NCBI GenBank assembly: GCA_964016885.1
Contig: OZ024745.1
Span: 133,982,001 to 134,046,000 of the forward strand
Length of the DNA: 64,000 bases
Reading direction: 5' to 3'
From: Eledone cirrhosa
Taxonomy: Eukaryota
Below, piece by piece: positions 13,813 through 28,060 of this stretch; the stretch's first letter is position 1; the number at the start of each line of letters is the position of its first letter. Made by a program: the position numbers and the translations under genes. Under the pieces are notes generated by a model, which was not told where the DNA came from, made no database searches, and saw only the letters and a list, made by a program, of their open reading frames with translations.

Positions 13813-16507
13813 CACATCATGTGGTAGACGTAGTAAGAGAGAGTCACATGTGGTAGACGTAATAAAAGAGAGTCACATCATGTGGTAGGCGTAGTAAGAG
13901 AGAGTCACAGTCACATCATGTAGTAGACGTAGTAAGAGAGCGTCACATCATGTGGTAGGCGTGGTAAGAGAGAGTAACAGTTACATCATGTGGTAGACGT
14001 AGTAAGAGAGCGTCACATCATGTGGTAGGCGTAGTAAGAGAGAATCACAGTCACATCATGTAGTAGACGTGGTAAGAGAGAGTAACAGTTACATCATGTG
14101 GTAGACGTAGTAACAGCAACAAGCACATCATGTGATAGACGTATTAAGAGAGAGTCACATCATGTTGTAGACGTAGTAAGAGAGGGTCACATCATGTGGT
14201 AAATGTAGTAAGAGAGAGTCACACAATGTGGTAGACGTAGTAAGAGAGAGTCACATCATGTGGTAGACGTAGTAAGAGAGCGTCACATCATGTGGTAGAC
14301 GTAGTAAGAGAGCGTCACATCATGTGGTAGACGTAGTAAGAGAGCGTCACATTATGTGGTAGGCGTAGTAAGAGAGAGTCACAGTTACATCATGTGGTAG
14401 ATGGGGTAACAGCAACAACCACATCATGTGGTAGACGTAGAAAGAGAGAGTCACATCATGTGGTAGACGTAGTAAGAGAGCGTCACATCATGTGGTAGAC
14501 GTAATAAGAGAGAGTCACGTCATGTGGTAGACGTAGTAAGAGAGCGTCATATTATGTGGTAGGCATAGTAAGAGAGAGTCACAGTCACATCATGTGGTAG
14601 ACGTAGTAAGAGAGAGTCACATTATGTGGTAGACGTAATAAGAGAGAGTCACATCATGTGGTAGACGTAATAAGAGAGAGTCACATCATGTGGTAGACGT
14701 AGTAAGAAAGAGTCACATCATGCGGTAGACGTAGTAAGAGAGAGTAACATCATGTGGTAGACGTAGTAAGAGAGCGTCATATCATGTGGTAGACGTAGTA
14801 AGAGAGCGTCACATCATGTGGTAGACGTAGTAAGATAGAGTCACATGATGTGGTACACGTAGTAAGAGAGAGTCACATCATGTGGTAGACGTAGTAAGAG
14901 AGCGTCACATCATGTGGTAGACGTAGTAAGAGAGAGTCACATCATGTAGTAGACATAGTAAGAGAGCGTCAGATTATGTGGTAGGCGTAGTAAGAGAGAG
15001 CCACAGTCACATCATGTGGTAGACGTAGTAAGAGAGAGTCACAGTTACATCATGTGGTAGACGTAGTAACAGCAACAACCACATCATGTGGTAAATGTAG
15101 TAAGAGAGAGTCACATAATGTGGTAGACGTAGTAAGAGAGAGTCACATGATGTGGTAGACGTAGTAAGAGAGAGTCACATGATGTGGTAGACGTAGTAAG
15201 AGAGAGTCACATCATGTGGTAGACGTAGTAAGAGAGAGTCACATCATGTGGTAGACGTAGTAAGAGAGAGAGTCACAGTTACATCATGTGGTAGACGTGG
15301 TAACAGCAACAACAACATCATGTGGTAGACGTAGTAAGAGAGGGTGACATCATGTGGTAAATGTAGTAAAAGAGTCACATCATGTGGTAGACGTAGTAAG
15401 AAATAGTCACATCATGTGGTAGACGTAATAAGAGAGAGTCACCTCATGTGCTAGACTACTAAGAGAGAGTCACATCATGTGGTAGACGTAGTAAGAGAGG
15501 GTCACATCATGTGGTAAATGTAGTAAGAGAGAGTCACATCATGTTGTAGACGTATTAAGAGATAGTCACATTATGTGGTAGACATAGTAAGAGACAGTCA
15601 CATCATTGGTAGACGTAGTAAGAGAGAGTCACATCATGTGGTAGACGTAGTAAGAGAGCGTCACATCATGTGGTAGGTGTAGTAAGAGAGAGTCACAGTC
15701 ACATCATGTGGTAGACGTAGTAAGAGAGAGTCACAGTTACATCATGTGGTAGACGTAGTAACAGCAACAACCACATCATGTGGTAGACGTAGTAATAGAG
15801 GGTCACATCATGTGGTAAATGCTGTAAGAGATAGTCACACAATGTGGTAGACGTAGTAAGAGTGAGTCACATTATGTGGTAGACGTAGTAAGAGAGTGTC
15901 ACATCATGTGGGAGACGTAGTAAGAAAGAGTCACATGTGGTAGACGTAGTAAGAGAGCGTCACATCATGTGGTAGACGTAGTAAGAGAGCGTCACATCAT
16001 GTGGTAGGCGTAGTAAGAGAGAGTCACAGTCACATAATGTGGTATACGTAGTAAGAGAGAGTGACAGTTACATCATGTGGTAAACGTAGTAACAGCAACA
16101 ACCACATCATGTGGTAGACGTAGTAAGATAGAGTCACATCATGTGGTAGACGTAGTAAGAGAGAGTCACATCATGCGGTAAATGTAGTCAGAAAGAGTCA
16201 CATCATGTGGTAGACGTAGTAAGAGAGAGAGTCACATTATGTGGTAGACGTAGTAAGAGAGAGTCACACCATGTAGTAGACGTAGTAAGAGAGCGTCACA
16301 TCATGAGTTAGACGTAGTAAGAGAGAGTCACATCATGTGGTAGACGTAATTAAAGAGCGTCACATCATGTGGTAGGCGTAGTAAGAGAGAGTCATATCAT
16401 GTGGTAGACGTAGTAAGAGAGAGTCGCATCATGTGGTAGACGTAGTAAGAGAGAGTCACATCATATGGTAGACGTCGTAAGAGAGCGTCACATCATGTGG
16501 TAGACGT
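13813..16507. repeat. 32-bp minisatellite (CACATCATGTGGTAGACGTAGTAAGAGAGAGT, ~80 units with variants)
   Basis: Period 32 measured (15121 to 15153); recurrent variant units. Confidence 0.95.
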
Positions 16508-16788
16508 GTTTGAAACAGTTGAAAATAGACACTTTTCTCTTTGGTCAAGCACTCATCTCCTGAAAAAAGAAGAGGGAAGTCCTACCTTCCAGCAAAGGTT
16601 TTGGGGGTGGATATAAATGGCGAGCATGACAGAACATTCTCTGAACCTGTTAAAACTGGGAGAAAATCTGTTTTATTGGGATATTTATTGAAACTGTAGC
16701 ATTATTACATTAGGAACCATTGAGGTGTTTGTGCCTGAATAATGGGTTTCCTTTTAAGTAAACAACTACAAAAAGAAATGAATAAATA

Positions 16789-17274
16789 TAGATAGATAGA
16801 TATGTTTCTTTATTAGCCACAGGGGCACAAAAGAAGGGGACAAATACATACAATTACATACAATAAAAACTCGTAAAATACTATCACAAATGCAATTTAA
16901 AAATTAATCGATTTTCCTCAATAGAGGGAGACATTTCATATGGGTAACACATACCCCCGAAAAAATGTGCAACCCTCATCTCCAGGAGTACGAAAAGTTT
17001 GTACCCCTTTTCTCTCTTCCTCTTTTTCCTCAACCTACAGGCTGATATAGAGAGAAGGCCCATTCACTCGGGCCATTCTCGCCACTTTCACCCACCTTTC
17101 ATAAAACTTGCTGGGGTACAGCACCTCTCTCTCCATCCTGATTCTTCTTCCAAAGTGGTATTTGAAAAAAAGAATCAGTAGTTGGCCGGAGAGAAAGGTG
17201 TCTGACCTCAGCCCTTTTAACCTCGTCCACCATACAACCTCTTTCGCCATAGCTATCACACAAAGGAAAACCAT
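16789..17274 (-). mobile_element. L1/Tx1-like LINE 3' end (ORF2 C-terminus, 3' UTR, AATAAA, (CTAT)n tail)
   Basis: ORF 17274-17035 ..AMAKEVVWWTR..FYERW.. resembles the AKxxIWxxR..F..W end of Tx1/L1 ORF2; ends GTGGCTAATAAAGAAACATATCTATCTAT. Confidence 0.6.
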
Positions 17275-17390
17275 AGATAGATAGATATGTTTCTTTAATT
17301 ATAGATAGATAGATAGATAGATAGATAGATGGATGGATGTGTACATAGATGGATGGATAGATAGATATACACTATGCATATTGTTACTAA

Positions 17391-17613
17391 AGGGCGGTGG
17401 ATTGGCAGTATCGGTAGAGCGTCAGACATCATGCTTTGCAACATAGAGTTACGGCCCTTTATGGTCTGAGTTCAAATCCCACCGAGGTTAACTTTGCCTT
17501 TCATCCTTACGGGGTCGATAAAATAAAGTACCAGTAATGTACTGGGGTCGATTTAATCGACTTTCCCCTCCCCCAAATTACTGGCCTTGTGCCTATACTA
17601 GAAACAATTATTA
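17391..17613 (+). mobile_element. tRNA-derived SINE, full-length reference copy (long subfamily)
   Basis: AGGGCGGTGGATTGGCAGTATCGGTAGAGCG (A box) .. GAGTTCAAATCCC (B box) .. core .. GTCGATTTAATCGAC .. AGAAACA(ATT)n. Confidence 0.92.
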
Positions 17614-18745
17614 TTTAATGTTATTTTAATCAATTTTACTAACATCAAATATTTAAAGGGGACTAAATTAATCACTGACTCTTAGCTTATAATTAACAAT
17701 CTCTTGCATTCGGCCCCATAATCTTTTCTTTTGCTCTTCCGTTATCTGCGCTAAACGATTTAATAGAAATCAACTGATTATTAAAATATGTAGAAAGTTA
17801 TAAAAAATAAAAAATAATGAAGTAGCGAACAGAATGGATTTAATCAGGAAGAAATATTGTTGGCATTCATCTGCTTCGATAGAAATGAATAACTGAGCAG
17901 TTTGATGTTGATGGTAAAGCAACGTTCCATTAAATATTTTCACCAAAAAATACACATACATATATATAAACGATAATGCGTTGCATTTTTATTCAAATTT
18001 TTCATAAATTTCGGAAGCGTCCGGTAAAATATCTAGAGTGCGTTGTAAAGCTCATGATTAATTCATGAGATTTTATGACATCGTTAACTCTAGAAAATTT
18101 AAAGGGAAAAAAATGAAACGACTTAGTTCCCATATCCATCACAACTTAGCCATTACGGTACTCAACTTGTTAATTAAATGATTAGTTCTCAATTCCCATT
18201 CGTTAATGCCGCATTTTCTCCATGCTTATATTTTTAAGTAGTAATAGCTAATACAATGGAGTCAGTGTGTCGTGGCTAAGAGAAACTGGTGTTTCTATCA
18301 AAACAGTTGATCGTAGATGACCTCTGCTGGAAACTTATATCTCACTCATCTTTTGTAATAGTCTAAAAAAATAATTCCATCTATATATAGTTTCCATGCA
18401 CAGTAAGTTTACAGTTAGGTTGACTAATTCAAACCTAAAACAGGTGAATTTCTTATGAACATATTGCAGCTCCAGTGATGTAATATTACCCGTACTCCTA
18501 GACATATACTAATCTATTTGCAGTATAATGTCTTCTCCAGGGATAATAACATTCAATCTGTTAGCCATCTTTTTAACGTCAAATGCAACGACTTTTTTAT
18601 TTACCCTCTGTATTTTATCTGTTTATCTATTTTTACTGACTTCAGTCATTGAACTGTAGTAATGTCAAGACAGCTACAATAGTTTCAGTCATTTGACTGT
18701 AGTAATGTCAAGACAGCTACAATAGTTTCAGTCATTTGACTGTAG

Positions 18746-18934
18746 TAATTGTTTCTACTTTAGGCACAAGGCCAGCAATTACCAGTGCATTACTGGTACT
18801 TTATTTTATCGACCCCGTAAGGATGAAAGGCAAAGTCAACCTCGGCGGGATTTGAACTCAGATGGTAAAGGGACGTAACTATGCTGGAAAGCATGGCGTC
18901 CGACCCTCTACCGATACTGCCAATCCACCGCCCT
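18746..18934 (-). mobile_element. tRNA-derived SINE (short subfamily) with 20-bp flanking duplication
   Basis: AGTCATTTGACTGTAGTAAT at 18730-18749 and 18936-18955; inserted in a local ~44-bp tandem repeat. Confidence 0.9.
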
Positions 18935-19319
18935 TAGTCATTTGACTGTAGTAATGTCAAGGAACAGCTACAATAGTTTCAATCAGTTGACTGTAGTAAT
19001 GTCATGGAACAGCTACAATAGTTTAAAATTAAATCAATACGAGTGATTTGTCTGGTACTTATTACATTTATATTGCAGGTGTAAATTGTGGCAACCCAGT
19101 CAGGTAAAACTACACTCAAAGTATTTTCGTTCGATGCACCGATTTAACATTTCATGCGGCGTCCTTTTCTACAAAACACCATACCAAATATGATTGTCTA
19201 GCAAGACCTCTGCAGAGTGAAGCTCTGAATTTATAAATATTTATCTGAATTAAGTTGTTTAAACGATATTGAAACTTTCTGGCTATCATTCAAACGTTTC
19301 GAATATTTTTAAGGTTCGT

Positions 19320-19405
19320 TTCATCCGTCGACTATTTCTAGCGTGCAGTTTTCGTCGACTATTTCTAGCGTGCAGTTTTCGTCGACTATTTCTAATGTGC
19401 AGTTT
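19320..19405. repeat. 27-bp tandem repeat x3 (CGTCGACTATTTCTAGCGTGCAGTTTT)
   Basis: Read directly. Confidence 0.8.
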
Positions 19406-20291
19406 TTATGCTTTAACCACAGTTGTGTGATTGCAATTTCAAGTTGAAATGTGTGTCGATTCAAACGTCTGTAAATGTTCCTTTAAAAATGTGTGAATGT
19501 GCTTCACTGTCAAATACGACAATATTTATTTACACCGGGGAGTTAGGCGAACTTCTGTTCATGTCAAATTTGTTACGCGAATTCCACCTCCCGTTGAAAG
19601 CTATTTTCAAATCACTTACGCTGCTAATATGTTTGGAATAATCATTCTCGACATAACTTCCAATTTTGATCTCCTCCTAAAATCTGAGACCTTCATACTA
19701 AGTCAAGAAAATACAACTATATCTAGTGTAAAACGTTTCTTGGTAATATAAAACAAGTTTAATATGTTTTCTCCACAGCATTTTATTACATCCATAAAAC
19801 ATAGTTATAAGTATTATTGAATGTTTTCAATCATAGTTTGTACGTAAGCCATTCCCAACACTTTGATGTCTTCGTTTTTAATCTCGCTATCTATTATTAA
19901 GCTCTTAACTCCTCTTTCAAAATCTCAGCTTAAAGACAGTTTGTTTTTAAAGTGATTTTTAAAATATCATTTTCACCATATATATTAAAATAGTATTAAA
20001 ACTGAAACAAGCGTTACTCAGACAGGGTAAATTTGATTGTGTTGTCATCATAAAACTTTGAGTGAACCACGAAAAAGCAAACATACGCATGCGCATGGAT
20101 TATAATCAAAATGAAATCAATTGATTTGGCGTGTTTAAAATGTGTCTGATGTCTTATAGCAGAATAAACATTAGAAAGCTTACCAGTAAGTATATGTTTT
20201 CAGCCTTCTACGTAAATGCATAGATTCGTATATACACACTGAAATATATAAAACATATGTCTATGCATTCACACGTAAAGTTTTTGTGTGC

Positions 20292-20400
<109 letters not shown>

Positions 20401-20624
20401 CATATATATATATATGTCATTATATGTGTATGTATATGTGCATGTACATGGATCTGTATATGCATACATATGTACATATATACATTATTATATACACACA
20501 CATACATACACACACATACACAGAGATTTGGGAGATTTGCTTTCATATTTTACGAACATAAATGTGATTTAAACATTTTTATTATTTCATCTGAATACGT
20601 GTGTCAAGTTATATAACTACTCCA

Positions 20625-21266
20625 TACGTGTTTGTCTGTGTATCTATGTGCGACCGTGTGTGTGGAAGTATGTGGGTGGGTGTGTGGACGAGTGTGTGTG
20701 TGTCTATGTGCATGTGTGTCTGTGTCTATTTGTGTGTGTGTGCGTCTGTGTCTGTGTGTGTCTGTGTATGTGTGTCTGCCTGTGTGTCTGTGTGTCTGTG
20801 TGTATGTGTGTCTGTGTCTGTTTGTGTGTCTGTGTGTCTGTGTGTGTGTGTATGTGTATCTGTCTGTGTGTCTGTCTGTGTGTGTCTGTATGTCCGTGTG
20901 TCTGTGTGTGTGTCTGTATGTCTGTGTGTCTGTATGTCTGTGTGTCTGTGTGTCTGTCTGTGTGTGTCTGTATGTCCGTGTGTCTGTGTGTGTGTCTGTA
21001 TGTCTGTGTGTCTGTGTGTCTGTTTGTGTGTCTGTCTGTGTGTCTGTCTGTGTGTGTGTATGTGTGTGTGTGTCTGTGTGTGTCTGTGTGTCTGTGTGTC
21101 TGCCTGTGTGTTTGTCTCTCTGTGTGTGTGTGTGTGTGTATGTGTGTCTGTGTGTATGTGTGTCTGTCTGTGTGTGTGTGTGTGTGTGTCTGTCTGTGTG
21201 TGTCTGTCTGTATGTGTCTGTATGTCTGTGTGTCTGTGTGTCTGTCTGTGTGTCTGTGTGTGTGTC

Positions 21267-21304
<38 letters not shown>

Positions 21305-21710
21305 TGTGTGTGTCTGTGTGTCTGTGTGCCTGTGTGTTTGTCTGTGTGTGTGTGTCTGTGTGTGTCTGTGTATGTGTGTGTCTGTGTTTCTGTGTGTCTG
21401 TGTGTCTGTCTGTATGTGTGTCTGTTTTGTGTGTGTGTGTGTCTCTGTGTGTATGTGTGTCTGTGTGTCTGTCTATATGTGTGTCTGTCTGTGTGTGCGT
21501 ATGTTTGTGTGTGTGTGTGTATGTGTGTCTGTGTGTCTGTCTATCTGTGTGTCTGTCTGTGTGTGCGTATGTTTGTGTGTGTGTCTGTCTGTGTGTGTGT
21601 ATGTGTGTCTGTGTGTCTGTCTGTGTGTGCGTATGTTTGTGTGTGTGTCTGTCTGTGTGTGCGTATGTTTGTGTATGTGTGTCTGCGTGTATGTGTGTCT
21701 GTGTGTCTGT
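20625..21710. repeat. Compound (GT)n/(GTCT)n microsatellite
   Basis: Low-complexity tract; source of the spurious 370-446 aa ORFs. Confidence 0.95.
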
Positions 21711-21799
21711 GGAAGATAGAAGGGGAACATTCAAAGTTCCTCCCCGTCTCTACAACAATTGTTCTTTATTTATGTTGCTCAATAGTTGTGTCTGTGTAT

Positions 21800-24700
21800 C
21801 TCTGTGTGATGTTCCCATCATCCTCTCTGATATATCCCATCATCCTCTCTATGTGATGTTCCCATCATCCTCTCTGATATTTCCCATCATCCTCTCTGAT
21901 ATTTCCCATCATCCTCTCTATGTGATGTTCCCATCATCCTCTCTGATATTTCCCATCATCCTCTCTATGTGATGTTCCCATCATCCTCTCTGATATTTCC
22001 CATCATCCTCTCTATGTGATGTTCCCATCATCCTCTCTGATATTTCCCATCATCCTCTCTATTTGATGTTCCCATCATCCTCTCTGATATATCCCATCAT
22101 CCTCTCTATCTGATGTTCCCATCATCCTCTCTGATATATCCCATCATCCTCTTTATGTGATGTTCCCATCATCCTCTCTGATATTTCCCATCATCCTCTC
22201 TATGTGATGTTCCCATCATCCTCTCTGATATTTCCCATCATCCTCTCTATGTGATGTTCCCATCATCCTCTCTGATATATCCCATCATCCTCTCTATCTG
22301 ATGTTCCCATCATCCTCTCTGATATATCCCATCATCCTCTTTATGTGATGTTCCCATCATCCTCTCTGATATTTCCCATCATCCTCTCTATGTGATGTTC
22401 CCATCATCCTCTCTGATATTTCCCATCATCCTCTCTATGTGATGTTCCCATCATCCTCTCTGATATATCCCATCATCCTTTCTATGTGATGTTCCCATCA
22501 TCCTCTCTGATATTTCCCATCATCCTCTCTATGTGATGTTCCCATCATCCTCTCTGATATATCCCATCATCCTCTGTATGTGATGTTCCCATCATCCTCT
22601 CTGATATTTCACATCATCCTCTCTATGTGATGTTCCCATCATCCTCTCTGATATATCCCATCATCCTCTCTATGTGATGTTCCCATCATCCTCTCTGATA
22701 TTTCCCATCATCCTCTCTATGTGATGTTTCCATCATCTTCTCTGATATTTCCCATCATCCTCTCTATGTGATGTTCCCATCATCCTCTCTGATATTTCCC
22801 ATCATCCTCTCTATGTGATGTTTCCATCATCTTCTCTGATATTTCCCATCATCCTCTCTATGTGATGTTCCCATCATCCTCTCTGATATTTCACATCATC
22901 CTCTCTATGTGATGTTCCCATCATCCTCTCTGATATTTCCCATCATCCTCTCTATGTGATGTTCCCATCATCCTCTCTGATATTTCCCATCATCCTCTCT
23001 ATGTGATGTTCCCATCATCCTCTCTGATATATCCCATCATCCTCTCTATTTGATGTTCCCATCATCCTCTCTGATATTTCCCATCATCCTCTCTATGTGA
23101 TGTTCCCATCATCCTCTCTGATATTTCACATCATCCTCTCTATGTGATGTTCCCATCATCCTCTCTGATATATCCCATCATCCTCTCTATGTGATGTTCC
23201 CATCATCCTCTCTGATATATCCCATCATCCTCTTTATGTGACGTTCCCATCATCCTCTCTGATATATCCCATCATCCTCTCTATGTGATGTTCCCATCAT
23301 CCTCTCTGATATTTCCCATCATCCTCTCTATCTGATGTTCCCATCATCCTCTCTGATATATCCCATCATCCTCTGTATGTGATGTTCCCATCATCCTCTC
23401 TGATATTTCCCATCATCCTCTCTATGTGATGTTCCCATCATCCTCTCTGATATATCCCATCATCCTCTGTATGTGATGTTCCCATCATCCTCTCTGATAT
23501 TTCACATCATCCTCTCTATGTGATGTTCCCATCATCCTCTCTGATATATCCCATCATCCTCTCTATGTGATGTTCCCATCATCCTCTCTGATATTTCCCA
23601 TCATCCTCTCTATGTGATGTTTCCATCATCTTCTCTGATATTTCCCATCATCCTCTCTATGTGATGTTCCCATCATCCTCTCTGATATTTCACATCATCC
23701 TCTCTATGTGATGTTCCCATCATCCTCTCTGATATTTCCCATCATCCTCTCTATGTGATGTTCCCATCATCCTCTCTGATATTTCCCATCATCCTCTCTA
23801 TGTGATGTTTCCATCATCTTCTCTGATATTTCCCATCATCCTCTCTATGTGATGTTCCCATCATCCTCTCTGATATTTCACATCATCCTCTCTATGTGAT
23901 GTTCCCATCATCCTCTCTGATATTTCCCATCATCCTCTCTATGTGATGTTCCCATCATCCTCTCTGATATTTCCCATCATCCTCTCTATGTGATGTTCCC
24001 ATCATCCTCTCTGATATATCCCATCATCCTCTCTATTTGATGTTCCCATCATCCTCTCTGATATTTCCCATCATCCTCTCTATGTGATGTTCCCATCATC
24101 CTCTCTGATATTTCACATCATCCTCTCTATGTGATGTTCCCATCATCCTCTCTGATATATCCCATCATCCTCTCTATGTGATGTTCCCATCATCCTCTCT
24201 GATATATCCCATCATCCTCTTTATGTGACGTTCCCATCATCCTCTCTGATATATCCCATCATCCTCTCTATGTGATGTTCCCATCATCCTCTCTGATATT
24301 TCCCATCATCCTCTCTATCTGATGTTCCCATCATCCTCTCTGATATATCCCATCATCCTCTGTATGTGATGTTCCCATCATCCTCTCTGATATTTCCCAT
24401 CATCCTCTCTATGTGATGTTCCCATCATCCTCTCTGATATATCCCATCATCCTCTGTATGTGATGTTCCCATCATCCTCTCTGATATTTCACATCATCCT
24501 CTCTATGTGATGTTCCCATCATCCTCTCTGATATATCCCATCATCCTCTGTATGTGATGTTCCCATCATCCTCTCTGATATTTCCCATCATCCTCTCTAT
24601 CTGATGTTCCCATCATCCTCTCTGATATATCCCATCATCCTCTGTATGTGATGTTCCCATCATCCTCTCTGATATTTCCCATCATCCTCTCTATGTGATG

Positions 24701-24905
24701 TTCCCATCATCCTCTCTGATATATCCCATCATCCTCTGTATGTGATGTTCCCATCATCCTCTCTGATATTTCCCATCATCCTCTCTATGTGATGTTCCCA
24801 TCATCCTCTCTGATATATCCCATCATCCTCTGTATGTGATGTTCCCATCATCCTCTCTGATATTTCACATCATCCTCTCTATGTGATGTTCTCACCATCC
24901 TCTCT
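21800..24905. repeat. 47-bp minisatellite (25+22-bp subunits, CCCATCATCCTCTCT core, ~66 units)
   Basis: Period 47 measured (22391 to 22438). Confidence 0.95.
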
Positions 24906-25300
24906 GTATAATATCTATCTGAAAAATATAATTATACAAGCAACATAATTCCTGTTTAATACTTCAGTGTATCTCTACATACCGCATTCCTAAACTTTCT
25001 TTTGTGTAAACTTCAACAAAGATTTAACACAACAATAAAATATTTGTAGATATGTTTATATATCTACATGTCATATATGTGTGTCTATAATGTATAAAAT
25101 ATACATTATAACTTATATTATATATTTTGAAAGATGCAGATTTGCTAATAAAGAAGTGCATTTAGAATCGAGTATATATATATATATACACACTCACTCG
25201 ATTCTAAATTTCTAAATGCACTTCTTTATATATATATATATATATATATATAAACAATTAAGTTAAAACGAAACGAAATTTAATTTCGTTTCGTTATTTG

Positions 25301-25375
<75 letters not shown>

Positions 25376-25759
25376 CACTTTCGTAATGAAGGGATTAATG
25401 AAATCTATAATAACGTCCATACACACACAAACTTACACACTCACATACACAGAACCATGAGAATAAGTCACACGTACATATTATAAACTTCACATACATA
25501 CACACGTTATAATGTATCATACACTCACACGTACTAACCCACTCTTCTCACAGAGATACGCCACACTAACCATACTTTCTACACACACACAAAATTACTT
25601 CAACACACAAACAATACACACATTCAAACTTACACACATACATGGTTATACACACACACTCACTATCTGTGTTACTTTACACATTTTCCCTTTAAAATCA
25701 CACACATTTAAATTTATACATACACTCACACATAACTATACCAAAACACACACTCCACT

Positions 25760-27070
25760 TTGCTTTCCTACTCGTTACCAAGACGACCTAACGGCCATTT
25801 TGCAGGTATCGGCACTAGAATCTCTAGCCTCTCTTCTAATAAAACAATCTTTGACAGAGTGACCTCCTACTACAACACGGCGTTAGCTAACAGCGGCTTC
25901 TCGCAACCAATTACTTACTCCCTACTAACACCAATAACAATAAGCAGAGAAATCCTGCTAATAGAAAAACGTTAATACTAAAGTAGGTAAAAGAGTTTTA
26001 GCTCTCTTAGATAGACACTTCCCCATAAGTCATAAATACCGCTCCATCTTTAACAGACTGAGGGTGAAACACCTGCGCTAAGAATATTAAAGCCCACATT
26101 ACCAACAACCCTAAGAGCAGAACCCCACCAGATGCTCTTGCCGAGGCCTGAAGCTTGTCCACTTCAACAACAATGTAACACGCCCGCTGTAATTTACGAA
26201 GCTGTGGTCACTTCTAACCGACCAAATTAACAACAAAAGGTCAAATCCTATGTAGGTTTGGCGGAGGGCCGGTTTAAAAAACGCTTCCTGAATCATCTGT
26301 CGACATTCAGACACCCGAACAAACGATCATCCACGAAGCTTGCGAGCCACGTATGGTCCCTCAAGGACTCAGGCGTGGATTACTCCATGCAATGGAAAGT
26401 CATTACTAAGTCTAAGCCATACGGAAATGGGAATCCGTCTTGTTGGCTGTGCATTGAAGAAAGAATCAATATCCTGAGATAGTTGCGTAATAGCGCTTGT
26501 CTAAATTCAAGGAATGAGCTTTTTTCGCGTTGTTCACACGTCTGGAAACACTTATTACGTAATTACAAAGCTCCAGACTGACTAACATGAATAATCTATA
26601 ATATTCTGGACTGAATAACATGAATGATCTATTATTATTCTGAGCTTCCACAGTTACCTCCCAACCACCGATCTAACGCTATTACTATCCTTATAACTAA
26701 TATTCTCTCTCACTTAAATATACTCACGTTTTTTCTCTTTCTTTCGTTTTTTCTCTTTTTCTCTTTCTTTCTCTCTCTTTTTTCTTTTTTTCTTTTTTCC
26801 GTATTCCAACGGCTTAATTTAAATATACTGTTATTTAAACCTTTCCGACACTAATTTGCATAATAAACCAACAATAAATCTAATAACTCCACTATCCAGG
26901 AGATTCCAACCAGAATGGTTGCATGTTTTCAGGGTATATCAATATTTATTTATAAAACTAACCTATATTATATTTTATCTGATGAAAGCGCACCATAATT
27001 TGCCTTGGTGGCCCTTGAAATATGTATAATGAAATAAATATGGTTTTATAAATATAGTTTCCATTTGTTA
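25760..27070 (+). mobile_element. Penelope-like element, Naiad-like, 5'-truncated: RT thumb, Cys-rich linker, GIY-YIG endonuclease, 3' UTR, hammerhead
   Basis: Frameshifted translation: IGTRISSLSSNKTIFD..YNTALANSGF; CSCR..CPLQQQC; AVIYEAVV..SYVGLAEGRFKKRFLNH..TKLASHVWSLK..CWLCIEE..LNSRNELFSRCSH; stop at ~26581; HHR at 26971. Confidence 0.88.
26971..27036 (+). ncRNA. Minimal type I hammerhead ribozyme (C-C mismatch class)
   Basis: TATTTTAT-CTGATGA-AAGC GCACCA..TGGTG(G)C CCTT-GAAA-TATGTA-TA|ATGAAATA. Confidence 0.85.
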
Positions 27071-27570
27071 ATATATTGTATATTTACTCCAATAATTTGT
27101 TGAGTGCTTTATATCAGTTATAAAAATATTTTGCTTGTTGTATCCCAACAAATTAAATATAACCTCTACATATATATATATATATATATATACATATTTA
27201 TATATGTTTATGTTTATATATGTATATATATACATGTGTTTATATATGTATATATACATGTAGATGAATTGAATTAACTATTAACATGTTAACTATATTT
27301 CACAAACGGGTCTTATACAATGATGGCAATGTGAAAAGAAAGGATACAAACAAAACTAAGTAATGAAAAAATGGCGGAGGGTTAAGGAAGGGCAGATCTG
27401 GCTGCGACAGAAAGAGGAGGAAAGGCCTACAAGTGCCATAAATGATAGGAAAGGGAGGGAAAGAGCAAGGACTACTAGGTGACGGAAGAATGAGGAGGAA
27501 GGGGAGAGTGTGGTGGGCTCTATGCCTAGGGTGGGGTGGTGTTTTGGCTGCTCACTGCGGAAATACAGTA

Positions 27571-28050
27571 TGGACACCGGCAGGTGGTGTCGGTTGCCAG
27601 TGTTGTTCATAGCTACGGATTTCTAAATATTTATTTATAAACATACTGTATTTCTTTAGAAATACGAAATTCCAATACATATTTGTATACAGCTATGTTC
27701 GGAGCTAAATTCTAATTCTATTTTATTATAAGTTGAGGCAACTTAAGCAGCTTCATATGCAAACGAGATTAATCACCTCATTAACACAGATGAAAAGACT
27801 ATATATTTTCGCCTGTTTTCAAAGTCTGGCAGTTGCAAGATCGTCCTGACAAGAACCAGTTGAGTTCGAAATACATCGACGATTGTACCTCTTTGTTCTG
27901 CCGGACACCGCTTGGTGGCGTTATCTCCCAGTGTGTTATTCATAGCTATAGCTTTCCAAATGTTTATTTATAAACATACTATATTTCTTTAGAAAACGAA
28001 AATCAATTACATATTTGTATACAGTTAAGTTCGAAGCTAAATTCTAATTA
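27571..28050. repeat. Local ~150-bp diverged direct duplication (27571-27720 and 27903-28050)
   Basis: GGACACCG..GGTGG..CCAGTGT..TTCATAGCTA..ATTTATAAACATACT..AGCTAAATTCTAATT shared. Confidence 0.75.
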
Positions 28051-28060
28051 TATATATATA

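Noticed and set aside
9844-16507. 32-bp arrays as CRISPR-like repeats, or as relatives of each other
   Set aside because: Head-to-tail units with no unique spacers, no cas genes, eukaryotic context; the two arrays share only ATGTGG and GTAGTAA, too little to claim homology
17391-17485. tRNA genes at A/B-box sites
   Set aside because: No cloverleaf; box spacing is extended and each is followed by the SINE body and tail
26130-26581. Selenocysteine (TGA) recoding as reported for some Naiad PLEs
   Set aside because: Cys motif positions here are TGY codons; interruptions are frameshifts and a TAG; no convincing SECIS seen
27565-27612. SECIS-like hairpin on minus strand (ATGAA..ACACTGGC-AA..GCCGGTGT)
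   Set aside because: Lacks the 3' GA of the non-Watson-Crick quartet, and the duplicated copy at 27903 does not keep the fold
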